Shown: in pieces, positions 41,256 through 55,995 of the stretch
Numbering within the stretch: the first letter of the stretch is position 1
Layout of the letters: every line of letters starts with the position of its first letter
Assembly: GCA_951406725.2 (NCBI GenBank)
Contig: OX597821.1
Location: 50,654,001 to 50,718,000 of the forward strand
DNA length: 64,000 nt
Source: Octopus vulgaris
Lineage: Eukaryota
Reading direction: 5' to 3'
Translations under genes and position numbers: made by a program
Notes under the pieces: generated by a model
The model's input: the letters and a program-made list of their open reading frames with translations, nothing else
The model's database searches: none
What the model was told of the DNA's origin: nothing

Positions 41256-41532
41256 TTATTGTGTGTGTGTGTGTGTGTGTGCGTGTGTGTGTGTGTGTAT
41301 GTTTGTGTGCGCGCGTGTCCCCCACCATCGCTTGACAACTGATACTGGTGTGTTTACATCCCCGTAACTTAGCGGTTCGGCAAAATAGACCGATAGAATA
41401 AGTACTAGGCTTACAAAATCCCGCGGTCGATCTTTTCGACTGAACGCGGTGCTCCAGCATGGCCGCAGTCAAATGACTGAAAAAATAAAAGAGTAAAAGA
41501 GTAAATGAATATATATATATATATACATATAC

Positions 41533-41563
<31 letters not shown>

Positions 41564-41582
41564 CATACATACATACATACAT

Positions 41583-41623
<41 letters not shown>

Positions 41624-41831
41624 ATGAAATGGATAAATGAATTATCTTGTTACGGATTATTCAAAATTTAACCGATACCTGTGTAGCAAAAATCACACCA
41701 GAAAAGACACGGTTGAGGTTACGACCATGGGGTTTCGCCCCCGTGCTTTAGCGCGGATAATTGAAGTTTTATATATTTAGTGAAGGGAAGAAATGGAGCC
41801 GAACGAAGATTCTACAAAATTCCCTTTTATT

Positions 41832-41917
41832 ATTTTCTACACATGTTTCAAAGGCTGCAAATTCCCAAATTCGGATTGAATAAGGAGACCATTCTGCAGC
41901 TTTCTCTTCAGGAAAAT
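41832..41917 (-). ncRNA. Type I hammerhead ribozyme with canonical core and long stem II, in a ~320-bp insert (41620-41945) within (TA)n
   Basis: Minus strand ATTTTC-CTGAAGA-GAAAGCTGCAGA...TTTGCAGCCTTT-GAAAC-ATGT-GTA^-GAAAAT; palindromic ACATGT. Confidence 0.85.
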
Positions 41918-42799
41918 CCAAGAATTTAAAATCTCAAAATAAATATATATATATATATATATGTATATATAAACATAAAGTTAGTCTGGTCATGGAGTGA
42001 CCAATGGTTTCGTATCCACGAAAGGTATAGGAACCAGACTTTAACTCTATGTTATAATACTTACTGCTCTATTCTTTAGAGTGTGCATCTTATTCTAATA
42101 TATGTTATATTGACAATACACACACACACACATATACATGAATGCTAAATAGATTATTTTACCTATTTTGATATTTGTCATTGAATTATATTTTCAATTA
42201 TAATTTTCAGAAGGTTTAATTTTAAATAATAGACTCTTTAAAATAGTTTCTTGTAAAATAAAACGTCAACATAAATATACTATTCCGAAGTTTGCTTCTT
42301 ATCTCGTGATAATGTTCTTAAGAATTTGTAAAAATCAAAAATGAATTACGAATAATGTTTTTCAGAAAAACTATCCATATATTTTGCAGATTTATTCTGT
42401 AGTTATATAATAGATGTTAATTGTATGACAAAAAACTAAAATTCTTATTTACTCTCTTCAAAGTACAAACTTAGTGTTTATCGAGAAAATATACTATTAA
42501 ATATAACGTCTTTATTATATTGTTTTCATAGCTATTTAAATGCCTTCTTGAGTGTCAGAACCATACTTTTTCCGATAAGTTTAGTAACTCTATTTGGCTG
42601 GCCTATTTCCCATATTCAGTTGATGTCTGGGTAACGTGATTCCCCAAACAAGGAACTACTAGAGGAAGTAATTAATACCACTAAAAAAAATATAGCGAAT
42701 CCAAACAGCAGGGGTTTTCGAAGATTGTGGAGATATCAGTGTTGGCAGCATCAAGGAATCAGTTACATTGTATCTTACCAAACTCTGATTAATTTCTAG

Positions 42800-43060
42800 T
42801 GTCTGATTTATACTTGTTATTTGGGTTGTATTTGGGTTATTTGGGTTGATAACTGAAAGCCTAAAGGTTTAGCAGAAACATTTTTTGGACTCCTTTGCAA
42901 AAGTGAAGCAAAAGCCTTCAACACTACCTATTTTTGTGACACACTTGCGAATGAGTATAGAAATCAGTTGGACCCCGAAGACAGCATCCAAATTGTCTTG
43001 GCAGCTGGATACTGATATATCAATGTTGGATGTTGCTATATATAAAAAATGAAGCTGTCA
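42800..43060 (+). mobile_element. Possible hAT transposase C-terminal remnant
   Basis: YRNQLDPEDSIQIVL resembles the end of the Charlie/Buster dimerisation region; highly decayed. Confidence 0.35.
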
Positions 43061-43794
43061 AAGCTAGCTGCCAGCTGAAATATATTTGAATCCGTAAAAG
43101 GCAGTTTGTCGTGGAGAAAAAGAACTATCGCCTGAAACAAAAAAAATGTTAAAAGCAAATACCTAATTTTGATTACTTTCAATCACTGCTTCACGATTAT
43201 AGTCAGGAAAGAGCAATATTTTTACAAAACCTAAAAAATGCTTCTGTTTTAATTTACTGCTTTTCGATAAATTTGTTTGTGTATTATATTTATGTCAATA
43301 TATTTGATATTTTTCTTGATAGTAAGTCATCCAAAATGTAATTTTAATGTAAGTATTTTTTTATACCTTACGAAACAGTTTCAAGATCAATTGAAATATT
43401 ATTCAGTTTGAAGTTTGAGGACAATTTCATTGTACTTGAATAAACTTTTGTGAGTTACCAAATGAAACATTCCCAACCATTAATATAAGGAGACACAAGA
43501 GTTTAATACAATGCGCTTGCAATTTGCTATTTTTACTAAAATACTTCATATATTACACTAGGGGCCGGCAAATAGGTGGGCTGCGGTCCTCATTTGGTGT
43601 TTTCTAAAAGTTTTAAAGTCTAACATATTTATAGGCGTAGGAGTGGCTGTGTGGTAAGTAGCTTGCTTACGAACCACATGGTTCTGGGTTCAGTCCCACT
43701 ACGTGGCACCTTGGGCAAGTGTCTTCTACTATAGCCTCGGGTCAACTAAAGCCTTGTGAGTGGATTTGGTAGACGGAAACTGAAAGAAGCCCGT

Positions 43795-43853
<59 letters not shown>

Positions 43854-44464
43854 ATGTACATTTTTGGTGTGTCTGTGTTTATCCCCCCAACATCGCTTGA
43901 CAACCGATGCTGGTGTGTTTACGTCCCCGTAACTTAGCGGTTCGGCAAAAGAGACAGATAGAATAAGTCCTAGGCTTACAAAGAATAAGACCTGGGGTCG
44001 ATTTGCTCGACTAAAGGCGGTAATCCAGCATGGCCGCAGTCAAATGACTGAAACAAGTAAAAGAGTAAAAGAGTATATTTGTAGACCATTGAGAAGATGA
44101 TGGCTCTTATAAGTATCGCCAGCGATAGAAATGATGGATGGCTGCACAGTATGTTATATGTAAAACATGATATAATATGGATATAGGTTGTAAACAAATG
44201 AAAAACGAAAACTATAAAAAATGGGACATTAGAAGAAGCAATTGGTCCCCATCATCCACCAACAATTTTTTTTTTTTATCCTGGATCCTGTATGAAAGAC
44301 AAAATCAATAATGTTAGAAGACGGTATTTACTGCAGACGGAAGCGAAGTGACGAGGCAAGGCTGATTTATGTGTAATAAAGAAATTTTGGTCAGGTTAGA
44401 ATCTTCCGTTTCCAAGATACTGTAGCAGTTGTTTTAATGTATTTGTGTATATATAAATGTGTCT

Positions 44465-44498
<34 letters not shown>

Positions 44499-44646
44499 GA
44501 AGAGTTGAAGGGTGTAATATAGACATCATACAGAAGAAAACTGACTATAAACTACTGTAAATATAAGAAAACAACGGGAGAAGGAAGTGAAGAAACAACA
44601 CTAATCAATATGTATGAATATATATCTATATATGTATATGTGTATA

Positions 44647-44691
<45 letters not shown>

Positions 44692-44813
44692 GTGTGTATG
44701 CATATGTAAATGTATGTATGTACGCACGTATGTTTTTATATATGTATGTATGCATATGTGTATCTCTGTATCCCGTTATTAACAAGAAGGAATAATTTTC
44801 TCTATACTTTATT

Positions 44814-44903
<90 letters not shown>

Positions 44904-44920
44904 TATATATATATACATAC

Positions 44921-44977
<57 letters not shown>

Positions 44978-45049
44978 CATATATATGTATATGTACATAT
45001 ATAAATATATATATGTATATATATCTATGTATATACATATATATACATA

Positions 45050-45110
<61 letters not shown>

Positions 45111-45588
45111 GGAGTGAGAGAGAGAGAGAGAGAAAGAGAGAGAGGTACACGCTTATAGTACTTGAAAAAGGAAAGAAATGCCTTAAGACCATTATTTATA
45201 TAATATTTATAGAATTAAGTTAACAAAACAAACAAATGACTCAAGTGTTCTGATCTTGGCAGAACGGGAAGTGTTTATATACTTCAATGTGTGTGTGCGC
45301 GCGCGCTCCTGGTTTAGCGGCAGATTACTTGTATCAAGTAATCTCTTTTATGCTTTTACTCTTTTACTTGTTTCAGTCATTTGACTGTGGCCATGCTGGA
45401 GCACCGCCTTTAGTCGAGCAAATCGCCCCCAGGACTTATTCTTTGTAAGCCTAGTAGTACTTATTCTATCTTTATCTTTTGCCGAACTGCTAAGTTACGG
45501 GGACGTAAACACACCAGCATCGGGTGTCAAGCGATGTCGGGGTTGGGTGGGGGTGGACAAACACAGACACACAAACATATACACACAC

Positions 45589-45672
<84 letters not shown>

Positions 45673-45844
45673 TACGGGCTTCTTTCAATTTCCGTCTACC
45701 AAATCGACTCACAAGGCTTTGGTCGACCCGAGGCTATAGTAGAAGACACTTACCCAAGGTGCCACGCAGTGGGACTGAACCTGGAACCACGTGGTTGGTA
45801 AGCAAGCTACTTACCACACGGCCACTCCTACAACAGAAAGAAGG

Positions 45845-46335
45845 CCATCATTATCATGTCCCTCATCGTGGTTCCCGTTCGCCTTCCCGTCATCATCGTC
45901 GTCCTCCTTCCCGTTGTCCTCCTCTTTCCCCCGTTGTCCTCTTCCTCTCTTCCCCGTTCTCCTCCTCTTGCTCGTCGTCGTCTCCGTCGTCGCCATTGTC
46001 GTCACAATCTCAGCCGTCACCGTCGCCTCCATCGTTGCCTCCACCGTCGCCTTCACCATCCCATCCAACGCCACCACCTCCGCCGCCGCTGCCATCGCCG
46101 CTGCCATCGCCGCTGCCATCGCCGCTGCCATCGCCGCTGCCATCGCCGCTGCCATCGCCGCTGCCATCGCCGTTGCCACCTCCGCTGCCGCCGTTGTTGC
46201 CTCCTGCCTCCACCACCACCACCACCACCACCACCAGCAACAAGAACAACGCCACCACCTCAATACGACTCCACACCACCACCTTCTCTTACCATTCCCC
46301 CTCCTCCTCCTCCCCCCTTCTCTTGCACCCCCCCT
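45845..46335. repeat. GC-rich low-complexity tract including (GCCGCTGCCATC)n and (CAC)n
   Basis: Directly visible; similar tract at 52515-52790. Confidence 0.9.
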
Positions 46336-47733
46336 CCCTATTTCGGTGTACATTTCTCCACGCAACCAAGTTATGCTTTTTAAATAAATAAAAACATCTG
46401 ACACACAACAAACAGATAGATATAGATAGAGACATGAAATGCTGATATCAATTTCTTTGAGATTGATTTCCTTAAAAAAATCTACCTATTACTTCAGTAT
46501 AGGCGCAGGAGTGGCTGTGTGGTGAGTAGCTTGCTAACCAACCACATGGTTCCGGGTTCAGTCCTACTGCGTGGCATCTTGGGCAAGTGTCTTCTGCTAT
46601 AGCCCCGGGCCGACCAATGCCTTGTGAGTGGATTTGGTAGACGGAAACTGAAAGAAGCCTGTCGTATATATGTATATATGGATACAACTCACCCAACAAG
46701 AACTCACTACTTGAACAAAACTGGATACAACTCACCCAACAAGAACTCACTACTTGAACAAAACTTGACTTAAACAGGATTCGAATAATCCTATCAGGTG
46801 GTGCTATTAAGTTAGACATGGCCTGGACCAATCTCTGGTCGAAACATATCTAAGTTTTATCTAAGTTTTATCTAAGTTTATATATATATGTATGTGTGTA
46901 TGTGTTTGTGTGTCTGTGTTTGTCCCCCTAGCATTGCTTGACAACCGATGCTGGTGTGTTTACGTCCCCGTCACTTAGAGGTTCGGCAAAAAAGAGACCG
47001 ATAGAATAAGTACTGGGCTTACAAAGAATAAGTCCCGGGGTCGATTTGCTCGACTAAAAAAAGGCGGTGCTCCAGCATGGCCGCTGTCAAATGACTGAAA
47101 CAAGTAAAAGAGAAAGTGTCTACTTGAGTAATAAAGGCAGAATGTGGTAATTTTGCCTCTTGGCTGAAACAGCTGTAAGCTATTTGCCCAATTTATATTC
47201 ATGTATGTTATTTTGTAGTAATTACTGGTATCCTTATATATCAATATATTTTATAACTTATATGTAAAGCATAATATATTATACATGTATGTATATTCTA
47301 GTAATTGTCAGTTTAGTAAATAAATAAATAAGTTAACATAATATAATGTCTAAAAGTTGATGAAACACCTATTGATCCCTTCCATTTTCTTATGTCAGTG
47401 TATTATGGCTTCAGGCATTAAAAATTATACTTATATGTTAAAAGAACCATAGACCTCGTCAGAGGATATAATAAACTTGAAAAGTATAATACTAATATTG
47501 ATATACAAAACATGCTTCACTTATTATCCAATATATACAAATAGATAATAAAACAAATATCCAAAATACACACACACACACACACATATATATATAATAT
47601 ATATAAATAAATTTTAGGGTAACGTTTTTATTTCTCTCATCCATTTCAGAATTACAACTATTAGTGGTTTGGAGTTTAACTGCTCTTTCTAGTGAGTCAG
47701 ATGTCCTATTATGGCCATCACTTATGTGTTTAA

Positions 47734-47776
<43 letters not shown>

Positions 47777-47837
47777 TTCGTTCCGATTCGTCGTTTCGTT
47801 CCACCTCTTGGTTCCTGTTATATTTTTATATTATTAT

Positions 47838-47893
<56 letters not shown>

Positions 47894-48927
47894 AAAAATA
47901 TACAAATATACATACATAGGCAAATCGTACATGCTATTCACATGCCCGTTTTGTATGTATATATACATGCACACTGATGTGTGCATGTGTCTTAGTGTTT
48001 GTGTCCCCTTACAGTGCTTGACAGTAGGAGTTGATTTGTTTACATTCTCAACACCTAGAGGTTTGACAAAAGAGGCCGAAAGAATAAGTCCTAGGCTGGA
48101 AAGAATAAGCATCAGGGCCGATTTGATTGATCAAACCCCTTCAACTTTAATCAAATGAATCAGTCCTCCTGCTTATTTTTTCAAACCTGGCACATCTAGG
48201 TTATGGGGATGTAAACAAACCAACTCCCGTTGTCAAGCACTGGTAGGGGACACACCAACAGTAGGACACACGCACATCTGTGTATGTGTATATACACACA
48301 CAATGGGCTCTTCAGTTTCTGTCTATCAAATCCTTTCGTATGACTTCGGTCACCCCAAGGCAATAGCAGAAGGAACTTACTGAAGGTGCATTAAACAGCC
48401 GTAAAGAAGTGTTTTCTAAATGTATCAATTTCAAGTGCTACTTAGTGCAAAATTGGATCTCCCCGTTTTCTTGTTAGGCCACTTCGGGTCTATATGGGGA
48501 TTCCTCCACCTCTAATTCAAGGGAGATAACACTGTTCACAGATATATACTTATTTCAACATGTTAAGCGTCTTCATATCTTTCTTGTAGATGACCCTAAA
48601 ATAAAGATGAGGTTACCTTTATAATCGCTTCCCAGATGACAGCTCTTCAAACTGTAGGCCTTTCTGTTTCCTTCAGTCTGACATAAGGGTGGCAAAAGGT
48701 TGGATACGTTGACAAAAGACAGGGTTTATTATTGGTGACATGGTTAGTCCCCTTGATATTCAGGAGTGTTTCTTAACTCTCGACATACAACTGATGGTGC
48801 AAGCAATCTCATAAAGTGATGCTTAGAAAATATGAAAAAAAAAAGAAAGAAAACAACTTTAATAAATTAAATCAAACAGGAACAAATTGATACTTTTAAA
48901 GTTATATATGACGGACTCTCCCGTCGT

Positions 48928-49042
48928 TTTCGAAGGGAGGATACGACAACCTACCCTTTGTTTGTCAAAGTGCTTATGTCGAATGTGTCAACGATTGGCA
49001 AAGAAGCCCGCAGATGTTGCAAGTAAGATGGTTTATATACAT

Positions 49043-49081
<39 letters not shown>

Positions 49082-49196
49082 TCTTGATTGCAACATCTGC
49101 GGCCTTCTTTGCCAATCGTTGGCATGACTCAAATGTCACATTCAACATAAGCGCTATGACAAAGAAAGGGTAGGTTGTCGTATCCTCCCTTCGAAA
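48928..49196. repeat. ~110-bp imperfect inverted repeat centred on a (TA)n tract
   Basis: TTTCGAAGGGAGGATACGACAACCTACCCTTT... pairs with ...AAAGGGTAGGTTGTCGTATCCTCCCTTCGAAA. Confidence 0.88.
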
Positions 49197-49199
49197 CCG

Positions 49200-49233
<34 letters not shown>

Positions 49234-50421
49234 ACACACACACATATACACATATATATATACATACATATTTGTATATATGTGTGTGTGTATGTGTATA
49301 TATATATATGTATGTATATATGTATACACACACATATATGACACACAAACACGCACACTAACACACGCTTACACACGTCTGTTTAACCGTGGATTAGTAT
49401 GATGTGACCCAGTTCCATGAATGGTTTCGCAATCTAAATATTTCATTCCACTTACCTCCCCCTCCAATCACATACCCATCCTCTTTAAACATCTGTCTGT
49501 TTCCTGCCTCCTACACCACCAGTGTGTGTATGTGCGCGCGAACGTATGTGCGTGAGTGTTTATGTATAAAACATATGTGTGTAAATTTGAGCATGATTTT
49601 AAGTGAGCGTATGTGTAGATGTATTTGTGTTTGCGTATGTCAAGTGAATGCACATATGTGTGCATATGTCTGCATATGTTTGTACGTGTGAATATCAAAG
49701 TGTGCTTGTGTGTGAGGAAGTATGTGTTTGAATGTGTGCATATATATACGCGCAGGTGTGGCTCTGTGGTAAGAAGTTTACTTCCCAATCACACGGCCCC
49801 GGGTTCAGTTCCATATCGTGGTACTTTGGACAAGTGTTTATTACGACTATAGCCTCGGGCTGACCAAAGCCATGTTAAGTGGATTTTGTAGACCAAAACT
49901 GAATGAAGCTCGTCGCCTATACTCGTATATATCTATGCGTGTGTTTGTGTTTGTCCTCCAATCTGTCGGACAACCAGTGTGGACATGTTTACCTTCTCGT
50001 AATTTAGTGGTTCAGCAAAAGAAACCGATAGAATAATTAACAGACAAAAAAAAAATAAAACCAAGAAAGTTATTGGTGTCGATTCGTCAAGGCGGTGTCG
50101 CACTCCAATGACTGAAGCACTCCGTCGGTTATGATAATGAGTGTTTCACTTGACCCGATCAATGGAATAGCCTGCTCGTATGATTAATGTGCAGTGGCTA
50201 AGCACTCAACAGACTCACGTGCCCTTAACATAGTTCTCAGGGAGATTCAGTGTCACATAAAGTGTTACAAGGCTGACTGAAGCAAGTAAGAAATAAAATA
50301 TACATATTAATACATATTTATTACTATATTTCGGGATGGTCAATTTTATTTTTGATCAAATAAATACGCGCACTATATATTTCGTTCACCCTCTTTTGCT
50401 TCCTTCCTCTCTCCCTCTCTC

Positions 50422-50468
<47 letters not shown>

Positions 50469-51144
50469 TCCTCATCTCTCTCACAGCCGGCTCCACGAAA
50501 TTCCTTTCGCCGGCGGCCTTACTCAAGTAAACATGTTTCTTCCTGTGCTCGTCAAAAAATTTTTTTTCCTCGTCTAGGCTTTTAGGCCCTCTTTATTTGT
50601 TTTCCTGTCCTGTTTCTGTTACTTCAAGTACTGTATTTCTTGTAATTGTATTTTTATTTTGTATTTGTTTTTAATTGTATTGTTTTTTCGTCCTGTTTTT
50701 GTCACATTTTTTTCCCTTGTTTTTACCCCTCTGCAAAGGAATTTTATTTAATTCTTTCGCAGGAAGGATTAGTTCGTCGAGACGTGTTCTGTCCTCACCT
50801 TCGAAACACGCTGGAGTTGAACTAGGGACGGCTGATGAAGGGGATTTTTCCTTGTGTAGTTGTCTTGTACTCTGTTTTTTCGTTGTTAAAGGAATGGTCC
50901 GTTCCATACTGTTTTTACGTTTTCGTTTCTCGTTGAGTTCTACGTCTATTTGTGGTGTCCTGTACACACGTATATATATTTATATATGCATGTATATATA
51001 CATGTAGATGTAGGTACGTACATATATGTTTGTATGTATGCATATATTTTATTTATTACACTATTGTATGACTGAGCGCCTTCGCGTCGATTCGATTCGA
51101 TTCGTTTGGTTTCGTTTCGTTTCTTCTTCTTCTCTAAGCTGGTT

Positions 51145-51212
<68 letters not shown>

Positions 51213-51991
51213 GTAGAAATATGTTACAAAAAGAAAATGCGTGTGTGTGTATGTTTTAATAGATATTTGATGTCATAGAATGTAGTCTTTTCCTTCAACC
51301 ACTGTATGTTTTCCAGTGTAGTGAAGTTTCTGAAGGTGTGGTTGTGTAGGCGTTTCTTAATTAGGCCATTCGACAGTCCGCTATAGTGATTTATGCTGGA
51401 TGCATAAACAATGGCCTTTACATTCCTGTGAACATTGAGCAAGCAAGTGGTTGTACCTCTACAATAATGGCTCTAGTCTGAGGGGTAGTGTGAGTGAAAT
51501 GATACTTTCATGATGGATAAGCAACTGAATAAAGCTTTAAGCGTGTGTTTACTGAAAAGCATTCTACATGTGTGGCAGGAAGGTAAGTGTTTATCAATTT
51601 ACTTACCAATACTGAACTTGACCTTAAGAGAAGAAATGTGAGCACACAAGTGTTAGCACGCGTGCACATACACACACAAGATAACATCACAACATATATA
51701 CACATCCATACACACACAGATACACGAAACGTACATCACTCTACACAACGAACGCAAACACACACGCTTCCATATACACACACAGACTCACATAATTTTA
51801 AGCTCGCCCACACATATATTCACACGTGCTCGCACCCATTCACACATATGCACTCACACACACACCGTTCTTACATATACACACGCACTTGCGCACCCTA
51901 GTTTAGCCGGGTCACCGCCATTATCTCCCTTTCACTCAGCCTCTTTCTTCCAGTCATTTCATCATGTTGAACCGTTAATCCCTACAAATTT

Positions 51992-52025
<34 letters not shown>

Positions 52026-53825
52026 CTTTTTTTTAATCCTTTTCTCTCCATCTCCACCCTCTCAATCCTCTCTGTTGAACGGCGTAGGCTTGAAACATCA
52101 AAGACTTTTCCATTTTTCCTGGGTGTCAAACTGAAACAAGTACACGATAAAAGATAAAAGACTTTTGTTAAACCGAATAATTCTTGAATTATAAAAGAAG
52201 CATTTAACAACCTAATGTAGCGTGAAAAAATAGGTTGTCTTTGTATGTATTTACATTAACTTATATAATTTGCGCAACTTCTCACCTGATTTGGTTAAAG
52301 GTTTTCTTAAACATATATTTATATCTTATCTTTTCTGTTTCGGTTATTAGGCTGCAGTCATGCTGTGGCGACTGCATTGAAGAACTTTTAATCAAATGAA
52401 TTGACCCTAGTCCTTATCTATTTTTTTTAAAAGCCTGGTACTTATTCTGTCGGTGTCTTTTTACCGAACGGTTAGGTTGCAGAGACGTAAACAAACCAAC
52501 ACCAGTTGTCAATCGGTGGTGGTGGTGGGGGGACACAAAGACATGCATACACAGTGATGGTGGTGGAGGTGGTGTGAATGGCGGCGGCGGCGGTGTTGGT
52601 GTAATTGTGGTGGTAGTGATGATGTTGGTGGTGGCGTGGTAGCTGTGGCGGTGGTAGTAGTGGTGGTGATGGTGGAGGTGTTGTTGTCGGTGGTGCAATT
52701 GTGGCGGCGGCGGCGGAGGTGGCGATTGGTAGTGATGGTGATGGTGGAGTGTTGGTCGTGTAATGGTAGTGCAGCTGTGAGCAATCATGTGTGACGGCAA
52801 CTTTATTCAAAGTTCAAGAAGTCGGTTATTTTACACAACCAAACTTCAATACTGTAATAACAGTTGTTTGTATGACATTAACTACCGGCAGTCACTAGTT
52901 TAGAATTAGATCTAAAAACGATCAATTACGTCTGTGAGGCAGTTTCTGTTACAATTCTGTTGCTATTTAACGCTGCGTAATCTCTTAATGCATATTTAAG
53001 TGAGTCAAAGACTGCACAAGACCAATTTTAACCTTATAATTATACTATATTATGAACAAATACTATTTCTGGTATGAATATAAAAAACTGCATTCCTCTG
53101 AGTAGGCTCACCAAAGCAGTATGATCTCAAGCTCAAATTCACGGCTTCCACATCTGATCATGGTTGGTGGAGAGAACATCCTGAGGCTTTCGTCCTGCTG
53201 TGGACTGAACATTGGTAATCCAATCCAATGAACGAATATACTTATATATATGTCTGTTCAATCAGCTTGAGATTAAATCCAAAGCCAATTGAAATTAGAA
53301 CATGCAGTCTTAGTGAAGGAGGATATACATTGTATTACGTATGTAATCATTTCATACACTGCTTGGACAAAAGGTGGCATAGTTGCGACTCGAAAATTAA
53401 TTTCAGATCTTGATGCGAGCTAAAGTAACCAATACCAGCCACGTCTACAGACACAGTGCCTAATCAGAATAAATAAAAATCATGTATTTAATTATATGTA
53501 CTAATTATATATATATATATATAACGATAAAATCGCCCTTTTAAAGTCTAGCCAGGCTCATGGGCCTGGTTTGCCGGTTTCTGTTTTCCCCCCAGCTGGA
53601 CGGGACGCCAGTCCATCGCAGCGTTACTCAAGAAAGAGGAAGAGAGAGTGAGAGAAAGTTGTGGCGAAAGAGTACAACAGAGGTCACCACCACCCCTTGC
53701 CGGAGTCTCGTGGATCTTTCTTAGGTGTTTTCGCTCGGTAAACACACAACACCCGGTGTGGGAATCGAAACCACGATCCTCCAACCACTGCCCTAACCAC
53801 TGGGCCATTGCGCCTCTACACACAC

Positions 53826-53928
<103 letters not shown>

Positions 53929-54232
53929 CGTGATCACCGTGACCGACCAGGCTATCAGATGTTGTTACACATCGCTGGTCACAATGCGCTTCGCATTGTT
54001 TTAGCCTTCAAATGACGCCACCCCGCTGGCTAAGCGAGCAGGCCAACAGAAGAAAGAGTGAGAGAACGTTGTGGCAAAAGAGTACAGCAGAGATCGCCAC
54101 CACCCCCTGCCGGAGCCTCGTGGAGCTTTAGGTGTTTTCGCTCAATAAACACTCACAACGCCCGGTCTAGGAATCGAAACCGCGATCCTACGACCGCGAG
54201 TCCGCTGCCCTAACCACTAGGCCATTGCGCCT

Positions 54233-54372
<140 letters not shown>

Positions 54373-54508
54373 CATATATATGTATGTATCTATATATATA
54401 TTGCACAGCTATACGGTTTACAGCAGATGCAGGTTTGAATTCAGTGAATCCGCGAAATAGCTGGCCTTGTGCCAAAACCTGGAACCAACTTTTCTGACAT
54501 CACATCAA

Positions 54509-54548
<40 letters not shown>

Positions 54549-55109
54549 TACTGGTTGCGAATTGTAACTTGATCTTTAAAAACAGTTTGAAATAAACATT
54601 TTAAATCATTAATCAACAATTTCCATTTCACTTCGATATTTAAATATTTGAATAAGGGAAATAACTTAAAAGGAACTTCTGCAATTTTAGAGTTATTTCC
54701 CTTGTTATGTAAGCTATTTTAAAAAGCACAGCAGTACGTACCTATAAATTTCCTGAATATACATAACGAAATGACGCGCGAAACTTAATCAAGAGAGAGT
54801 AATAATTATTTTTACTGAGACCACAGAACCGTTACTGCGCTTTAAAAAATTGTATAACGACATTTCATCGCGACTTTATTTCCTCAGTTCAAATGCTGCC
54901 GCGGTCGACCTTGCCGTTTAATACCTTCGGAGTCGATAAAAAAAATACCAGTTGAACCCTTGGGATCGATGTAATCGACTTATCCCCCTTCGCTGAAATT
55001 GCTGGCCTTTTACCAGAATTGTATTGCTTCATATAAACAAAGATACACATAATTAGGCATAAACATGTATACACATTCATACATACGTTTAACTCTCTCT
55101 CTCTCTCTA

Positions 55110-55207
<98 letters not shown>

Positions 55208-55254
55208 TGAGTGAGAGAGAGAGATAAACGTATGTATGAATGTGTATACATGTT

Positions 55255-55315
<61 letters not shown>

Positions 55316-55633
55316 CTCTGTCGGTTTACGGCGACAAGGGTTGCAGTTGATCCGATCAACGGAACCGGTCTGCTCGTGAAATTAGCGTGCATGTGGCGGA
55401 GTACCCCACAGACACGTGTACCTTAAAACTTAGTTCTCATGGAGATTCAGCGTGATGCAGTGCAAGATAGGGCTGGCCCTTAGAATTACAGGTACAGCCC
55501 ATTTTTGCCAGCTGATTGGGCCGGAGTAACATGAAATAAAGTGTCTTGCTCAAGGACACAACGCGTTGCTGGGAACTGAGCTCACGACCTTACGATCGTG
55601 AGCCGAACACCCACACGACTAAGCCACGCGCTT

Positions 55634-55723
<90 letters not shown>

Positions 55724-55780
55724 TATACATATATACATATACATATATATATATATACATATATATATATACACATATAT

Positions 55781-55825
<45 letters not shown>

Positions 55826-55950
55826 CATATACATACACATATACATATATACATACATATATATATATATATACATATATACATACATATATACATATAT
55901 ATATATACATATATATATATACACACATATATATATATATATATATATAC

Positions 55951-55995
<45 letters not shown>

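Noticed and set aside
45534-46404. Pro/Ala/Gly-rich ORFs in multiple frames
   Set aside because: Low-complexity repeat fused to a SINE; open in many frames with no splice or domain evidence.
47950-48300. Apparent inverted repeat
   Set aside because: Explained by two old, oppositely oriented family-B SINE fragments.
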